Below are positions 58,432 through 64,000 of a stretch of DNA of 64,000 nucleotides, one piece after another. Location of the stretch: IMG/VR virus record IMGVR_UViG_3300032103_000260, positions 23,224 to 87,223 of that record; one strand, given 5' to 3'. The DNA is from a virus. The position numbers were made by a program, and so were the translations under genes. Numbering within the stretch: the stretch's first letter is position 1; every line of letters begins with the position of its first letter. The notes below the pieces were generated by a model that saw nothing but the letters and a program-made list of their open reading frames with translations, was not told where the DNA came from and ran no database searches.

Positions 58432-60480
58432 ATGGCTAAAAATAATAAACCAATAAAAAAAGTTGAAGACGAAATAGAAGATGAAATTGAAGAAATTGTT
58501 CTTGACCCTCATTTAATTGAAATTGAAAAAAGGAAAAAGGAACTCAGAGAACGTGCTGATGCACTTAGAAAACAAGCAACAAATATAGAGCCAGTAATTA
58601 TTACTGAATCTGGTGAAGTAAAAAAAGCTAGTCAATTAACACAACATGAAAGAGAAGAAGAATTTGTTAGATGTGCATCAAATGCTATTTATTTCATTGA
58701 AACATACCTTACTATTTTTGATCAAACACAAGGAAATGGTGGATTAATTGTACCATTTAAATTATTTGATTTTCAAAAAGATTTAGTCATTAAATATCAA
58801 AAACATAAATACAATATTGCTAATAAATATCGTCAGGCTGGTGTATCTACAACAACATGTGCATTTATTGCTTGGTATGTTATGTTCAATCCAAATAGAT
58901 CAGTAGCTATTGTAGCTAATAAATTACAAACCGCACGTGATGAGTTAATGCGTGATGTTGTCGAATTTATTAATAATTGTCCTGTATATTTAAAAATACT
59001 TCCAACTGGAAAAGATACTGCAGCGCATAAGATTTATGATAATGGAAGTCAATTAGGTGCATTTTCATCAAAAGGGCTTCGTGGTTATACTCCAACATTA
59101 ATATTTTGGGATGAAACTGCATGGACTGAAAAAGGTGATGTTTTTTGGACGGGTACAAAACCAGCACTTCAAACTGGTGGTAATTGTATTATGGTGTCTA
59201 CGCCTAACGGTTTAGATGCAGTATTTTATAAAACATTTGATGGTGCTGTACATAGAAAAAATAGTTTCAACGCTGTTGAATTATGGTGGTATAATGATCC
59301 AAGATATAATAAGGGATTAGAATGGATCAAAAATAAAGGAAAAGAAAATGAAATAAGACTTAAAGATGAAAACTTCAATGCAGAACATAGAGCTAAATTA
59401 GTTATTGATGGTTGGGAAGCTACAAGTCCTTGGTTTGATACTCAAGTTGCCGACTATAATGGTGACATGAGAAAAGTTGCTCAAGAATTACTAGGTTCAT
59501 TTTTAGGTTCAGGAGATAACTTTGTTGCTGAAGAAATATTAAAAAAAATAGAAGAAAATGATATTAATAAACCAATAGAACAAGAATGGACAGATAAAGG
59601 TATGTTTATTTGGGAAGAACCAATTATCGGTGAAGACTATATCATATCTGGTGATATATCATCTGGTTTTAGTGATGATTCTTCAGTAGTAACAATTTTA
59701 AAAGTTAAAGAAATTAGTGAAGAAAAAATAATTGTAAAAGATGGTAAACCAAAAAAATTCAAGGTAAGAAGAAAACAATTACAGCAAGTAGCTGAATATA
59801 TGGGTAAACTTACACCTCAACAAGTTGCAGAAGTAATGTATCATTATGGCAAAAGATATAATAATGCATATGCTGTTGTTGATATTACTGGTGGTTATGG
59901 AATTGGTACAATTGAAAAACTAATGGAATTTGGATATACAAATGTACATTATAGTGAAATAACACTAAAACCATTAAAAGATAGAATGTCATCTTTTATA
60001 AAAAAAATAACAAAAGAAGTAGCACCTAATGAATTTAAAGAAATTGAGGTAATACCGGGATTTATGATTTCATCAAATAGAGCAATGATTCTTCAGGAAA
60101 TGGAGCGTTCAATACGTATGGGTGATACTGTTGTCAGATCATATCGATTATTAACCGAATTTAAAACATTCGTAAGAGTTGAGGGTAGTAGAATTGCAGA
60201 TCATAAACGATCATTTCATGATGATGCAATTATGGCAATAGCTATGGCAATTTATGTTGGTAGCTATGAATTTAAAAAATTTACTCAAAATCCAGAAAAA
60301 ACAAAAAAAATGATAGATGCTATGATGAAAATTGGGTCAAATGAGGTTGTTGTAACGAACAATCTAAATGGTGAAGATGATATTGAAAAATTACAGCCAA
60401 AAAAAGTTGATGCTAAAATCCTTGGAAATAACCCGTATGTAGCAAATGCATGGTTATTTAAAGGTTTAGGTAAGAAATAA
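58432..60480 (+). CDS. terL: Terminase large subunit (T4 gp17-like)
   Basis: LFDFQ, KYRQAGVSTT (Walker A), IFWDETAW (Walker B), VSTPNG, GDIS, HDDAIMA. Confidence 0.9.
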   Translation: MAKNNKPIKKVEDEIEDEIEEIVLDPHLIEIEKRKKELRERADALRKQATNIEPVIITESGEVKKASQLTQHEREEEFVRCASNAIYFIETYLTIFDQTQGNGGLIVPFKLFDFQKDLVIKYQKHKYNIANKYRQAGVSTTTCAFIAWYVMFNPNRSVAIVANKLQTARDELMRDVVEFINNCPVYLKILPTGKDTAAHKIYDNGSQLGAFSSKGLRGYTPTLIFWDETAWTEKGDVFWTGTKPALQTGGNCIMVSTPNGLDAVFYKTFDGAVHRKNSFNAVELWWYNDPRYNKGLEWIKNKGKENEIRLKDENFNAEHRAKLVIDGWEATSPWFDTQVADYNGDMRKVAQELLGSFLGSGDNFVAEEILKKIEENDINKPIEQEWTDKGMFIWEEPIIGEDYIISGDISSGFSDDSSVVTILKVKEISEEKIIVKDGKPKKFKVRRKQLQQVAEYMGKLTPQQVAEVMYHYGKRYNNAYAVVDITGGYGIGTIEKLMEFGYTNVHYSEITLKPLKDRMSSFIKKITKEVAPNEFKEIEVIPGFMISSNRAMILQEMERSIRMGDTVVRSYRLLTEFKTFVRVEGSRIADHKRSFHDDAIMAIAMAIYVGSYEFKKFTQNPEKTKKMIDAMMKIGSNEVVVTNNLNGEDDIEKLQPKKVDAKILGNNPYVANAWLFKGLGKK

Positions 60481-60548
60481 AGTATTTAAAAATAAGAATA
60501 TTTTATCATATAGGAAGTATTTATAAAAAATTATAAAATACTATATAA

Positions 60549-62603
60549 ATGGCAGATAACAAAAAAAGAACGGTATATCAGGATTTAAATTCTTTATTGA
60601 ATTTAGATGGTCTTGCCAATAAGGGTAGTCAAACACCTCAAAGTGAACCAAAAAAAATTATTATTAGAGGTGATTCACCTGAAGATATCCAGAAAAAAGC
60701 ATTAGAAATTCAACAAAGGAATGCTCTTTGGAATAAATTTTACAAAACAACTGATCATGGCTTTCAAAAAGCAATGCAGTATGAAGCAAATCGACTTCCA
60801 GCATATCTTGATTATGAAGGCATGGAATATTACCCACTTATTGCAAGTGCTTTAGATTTATTTATGGAAGAAGCTACTGTTATTGGTAATAACGGTAAAA
60901 TGTTAAATATTTTTTCTAGTAAGCCAAGAATTAAAGAAGAATTAGAAGATTTATTTTATAATAAATTAAATATTAATATCAATTTACCATTTTGGACACG
61001 TAATATGTGTAAGTATGGTGATAACTTCGTATATCTTTTTGCCGAAAAAAATACTGGTGTAATATACGCTAAACAATTAGTTAACTACGAAATGGAGCGT
61101 ATTGAAAAGATTGAAAAGGGTAAATTAATAGTTAAATTTAAACAAAGAGAAACCTCTGCAGAGTTTAATCTTCTTGAAATTATACATTTTAGAATATTGG
61201 GTGATGATAAATATTTACCATATGGTTCTTCAATATTAAATAAAATTAGAAGAGTATTTAGACAATTAGTAATGGCAGAAGATGCCATGTTAACTTATCG
61301 CATTATACGTGCAGGTGAAAAAAGGGTGTTTAAAATTGATGTTGGTAACATTGATGAAGATGATATTGAATCATATATTCATAAAGTAGCCACTAAATTT
61401 AAAAAAACTGGTCAGGTATACCCTGATAGTGGTCATATTGATTACCGATTTAACATTTTAGGTAATGATGAAGATTTCTTTTTACCAGTAAGAAATGGTA
61501 ATGTACAAACAGGTATTGATACTTTACCGGGAGCACAAAATCTTGATCAAATTGCTGATATAGAGTATTTGCGAGATAATTTATTTACTGGTTTAGGAGT
61601 ACCAAGACCATTTCTAGGATATCAAGCAAGTGCAGGTGAAGGTAAAAATATGGCGCAAGCAGATGTTCGTTTTGCAAAAAAAATTAATAGAATACAACAA
61701 GCACTTGTTCAAGAACTAAACAAAATTGCTGTTGTCCACTTATATTTAAAAGGATTTAAAAAAGAAGATGCGAATAATTTTGTACTTAGATTAAGTAATC
61801 CTTCAACGCAACAAGATTTGTTAAAAACTGATCTTTGGACACAAAAAGCAAATTTATATAATTTATTAACTACAGCACCAGAGGGTGGTATTGCTCCAAT
61901 GTCGCATACTAACGCTAAACAATTTGTGTTTGAATGGTCTGAAGCAGAGATTGCTGAAGATTTGAAAAAACAAAGAATGGAAAGAGTTGTTGGCCAAGAA
62001 TTAGTTGACTCAGCAGTTGTTATTAAACAAAGTGGATTATTTACTGATCTTGATAAAAAATATGGCTCCGGTGAAATACCACAAGAAGGTGCTGCTACTG
62101 GAACAACACAACAAATGGTAGATAATTTAAAAAGTAATGTTGGTGGATTACCACCATTAGGTGGTGAAAATGAATTACCTCCAGCAGAAGGTCAGCTTAT
62201 GACTGGTACTCTCGGTGGTGCTCCTACTACTGCTGCTCCTACTGGTGGTGCTGGAATGCCAGCAGAATCTAAGAAAAGTAATAAGCCAATTTTAGACGAA
62301 CAAGATTTTAATAATTTTATCGACAGTAAGTTTAACCCAAAATCTATACCATCAAATGAAATTGTCGAAAAAAATGTAATTAGTGAGGATATTTCTAAAA
62401 AATCAAATGAATTAAGAGTTAATGCATTTAAAATGATAAACGAAATTGATGAATTTTTAGAAAAATCTAACAATATAAATTCTAGTGATTCACCAAAAAT
62501 ACCTTCTTATTCTGATCCAAAAGAAAAACAAAATTTAAATGAATCTGAGATTAAAGAATTAGATTTAGACGATATAGGTTTAAATTATGAAATCGATAAA
62601 TAA
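60549..62603 (+). CDS. Portal protein (T4 gp20-like)
   Basis: EDAMLTYRIIRA.EKRVFKIDVGN, EDFFLPVR, IDTLPGAQNL..IADIEY. Confidence 0.9.
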   Translation: MADNKKRTVYQDLNSLLNLDGLANKGSQTPQSEPKKIIIRGDSPEDIQKKALEIQQRNALWNKFYKTTDHGFQKAMQYEANRLPAYLDYEGMEYYPLIASALDLFMEEATVIGNNGKMLNIFSSKPRIKEELEDLFYNKLNININLPFWTRNMCKYGDNFVYLFAEKNTGVIYAKQLVNYEMERIEKIEKGKLIVKFKQRETSAEFNLLEIIHFRILGDDKYLPYGSSILNKIRRVFRQLVMAEDAMLTYRIIRAGEKRVFKIDVGNIDEDDIESYIHKVATKFKKTGQVYPDSGHIDYRFNILGNDEDFFLPVRNGNVQTGIDTLPGAQNLDQIADIEYLRDNLFTGLGVPRPFLGYQASAGEGKNMAQADVRFAKKINRIQQALVQELNKIAVVHLYLKGFKKEDANNFVLRLSNPSTQQDLLKTDLWTQKANLYNLLTTAPEGGIAPMSHTNAKQFVFEWSEAEIAEDLKKQRMERVVGQELVDSAVVIKQSGLFTDLDKKYGSGEIPQEGAATGTTQQMVDNLKSNVGGLPPLGGENELPPAEGQLMTGTLGGAPTTAAPTGGAGMPAESKKSNKPILDEQDFNNFIDSKFNPKSIPSNEIVEKNVISEDISKKSNELRVNAFKMINEIDEFLEKSNNINSSDSPKIPSYSDPKEKQNLNESEIKELDLDDIGLNYEIDK

Positions 62604-62605
62604 AC

Positions 62606-62631
62606 AAAAAGAGGAATTTTATTCCTCTTTT
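62606..62631. terminator. Bidirectional terminator
   Basis: AAAAGAGGAAT-ttt-ATTCCTCTTTT. Confidence 0.75.
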
Positions 62632-63003
62632 TTAATCTTTAAGTAATGTATATATCGCATCAGATTTTTTATTTTTATACCTATTAACAAATTCTTTCTT
62701 TAGTATTAAATGAAATCTATCATAGATAGTTTGAATTTGTTTATTGTTCAGTAAAATTCCCTCATCAACATCTAATTCTCTAAGAAACATTCTGATTGAT
62801 AAAGTAAGCATGGTAGTAGTTTCTAAAAAATATTTTCTATTATTTTTTATCAATATATTACATGCTCTAAGCCATATTAGTAATGTTTTATCATTAAAAC
62901 TTTTAATTAAACTATCAATGTCTTTATGATCTCCAATAATGCTGTCTACAATTTCAATGTTATTATTATAATGTTCTGTTTTATATTCCTTTATAATTTC
63001 CAT
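62632..63003 (-). CDS. Hypothetical protein
   Basis: 123-aa ORF. Confidence 0.55.
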   Translation of the reverse strand: MEIIKEYKTEHYNNNIEIVDSIIGDHKDIDSLIKSFNDKTLLIWLRACNILIKNNRKYFLETTTMLTLSIRMFLRELDVDEGILLNNKQIQTIYDRFHLILKKEFVNRYKNKKSDAIYTLLKD

Positions 63004-63087
63004 AACTATAAATAGTTACCTTAGCTAATATTATGTTTTTTTATAAAAAAAGTAGTATTTATTATAAATCAAATATAGGGAAAATTT

Positions 63088-63882
63088 ATGAAAACTGCTA
63101 ATTTTGGAGTAGTCAAAGCTATTATTTCAGGTACTTTTTCAGAAGTATTGCTTGAAAGTACTAACAATATTTTTGGCAAAAAAAAGATAAAGGAATTTGT
63201 TAATATTCTAAAAGAATCAGATTTACTTAAAACCGAATATATGATTTTTTCTAATTTGGAAAATAAATATATTAATAATGACACTCTTATCACTAAGTAT
63301 ATTGATGAAAATATTTCCCTATTAAAAAAATATACTAAACAAAATTTGATTTCTGAACACAAAAAACTTGATCAATTTATTGATGAGAGTGTCATTTTAC
63401 TTGACGAAAATCAAGTAAAACTGTATGAAAATATTCACTCATTAATTTACGAATCTTTAGATGGTCATATTGCTAATACTGATGTGGACAAATTATATGA
63501 TTCATTTACTTATGTTTTTGAACATATAAAAAAGCCAAAAATAGCTATTGTTGAATCAGAAAGCAATATTAAATTGGATAGCTCATTAAATACTGATTTA
63601 GTAATTGAAAGAGCATTAAGCAAATTTAATGAAAGATTCACATCTTTAAGTGAGGAAGAAAAGAAGATTTTAAACACTATTGCTTTTGCAGAAGAAAAAG
63701 ATAAAAAAGCACTTTTTGAAACACTTAAAAATGAAGGGTTAAATAAGTTAACCGAATTAAAAACTAAAGGAATTCACGAAGACAAAGTTAATGAATCAAT
63801 AGAAAAAGTTAAGGGTATGCAATATAGCAAAAACACATTAACTGAAGATGTAATCCATTTAAACTTACTTAAGTCCCTTTAA
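63088..63882 (+). CDS. Hypothetical head-module protein
   Basis: 264-aa ORF after the late motif at 63054. Confidence 0.7.
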   Translation: MKTANFGVVKAIISGTFSEVLLESTNNIFGKKKIKEFVNILKESDLLKTEYMIFSNLENKYINNDTLITKYIDENISLLKKYTKQNLISEHKKLDQFIDESVILLDENQVKLYENIHSLIYESLDGHIANTDVDKLYDSFTYVFEHIKKPKIAIVESESNIKLDSSLNTDLVIERALSKFNERFTSLSEEEKKILNTIAFAEEKDKKALFETLKNEGLNKLTELKTKGIHEDKVNESIEKVKGMQYSKNTLTEDVIHLNLLKSL

Positions 63883-64000
63883 GAATTTTGTGTTCTAATA
63901 TTTACTTCTTTAGTTGCAACTTCATTAATATTTAAATCTAGGTTATATCCATATTTTTTATTGAGAAGTTTAAATATACTGGTTACATAACTAAGACCCT

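Noticed and set aside
1201-63362. Numerous short antisense ORFs in the track (e.g. 2992-3195, 26617-27051, 56420-56743, 63069-63362)
   Set aside because: They lie opposite long well-supported genes and show the Phe/Leu/Ser-rich antisense signature.

Overview
This is a 64-kb segment of a very AT-rich, T4-superfamily-like jumbo phage genome, most likely infecting Bacteroidota. Host evidence is TAnnTTTG-type promoters and signal peptides ending in Gln. Core markers are rIIA/rIIB, terminase large subunit, a gp20-like portal and acidic head-type proteins. Accessory genes include ClpP, a macrodomain, an Rnl1-like RNA ligase, phosphoesterases, a HAD phosphatase, vWA and nucleotidyltransferase proteins. 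Two stand-out systems: (1) Two tRNA operons (about 16 and 7 genes, some degenerate). Each is preceded by a host-type promoter, a short leader ORF and a terminator/antiterminator switch, and each leader's codons mirror the anticodons of the tRNAs downstream (MAVVAEALVLDAEWDR before Met/Ala/Val/Glu/Leu/Asp/Trp/Arg tRNAs; PQPQHQPQ before Pro/His/Gln tRNAs). This looks like ribosome-sensing attenuation of phage replacement tRNAs. (2) A roughly 17-kb integron-like cassette array (14179-31400) with about 10 attC-like hairpins, in which most cassettes' GTT end is the reverse complement of their own AAC end. It carries phage ADP-ribosyltransferase-fold genes and a captured bacterial defence block (two type II RM pairs, a type I/IIB-like RM, a PtuAB-like ATPase plus HNH). 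No integrase is in the window. Many accessory genes carry stops or frameshifts while long core ORFs are intact. All family assignments are by motif recognition by eye; no database search was run.
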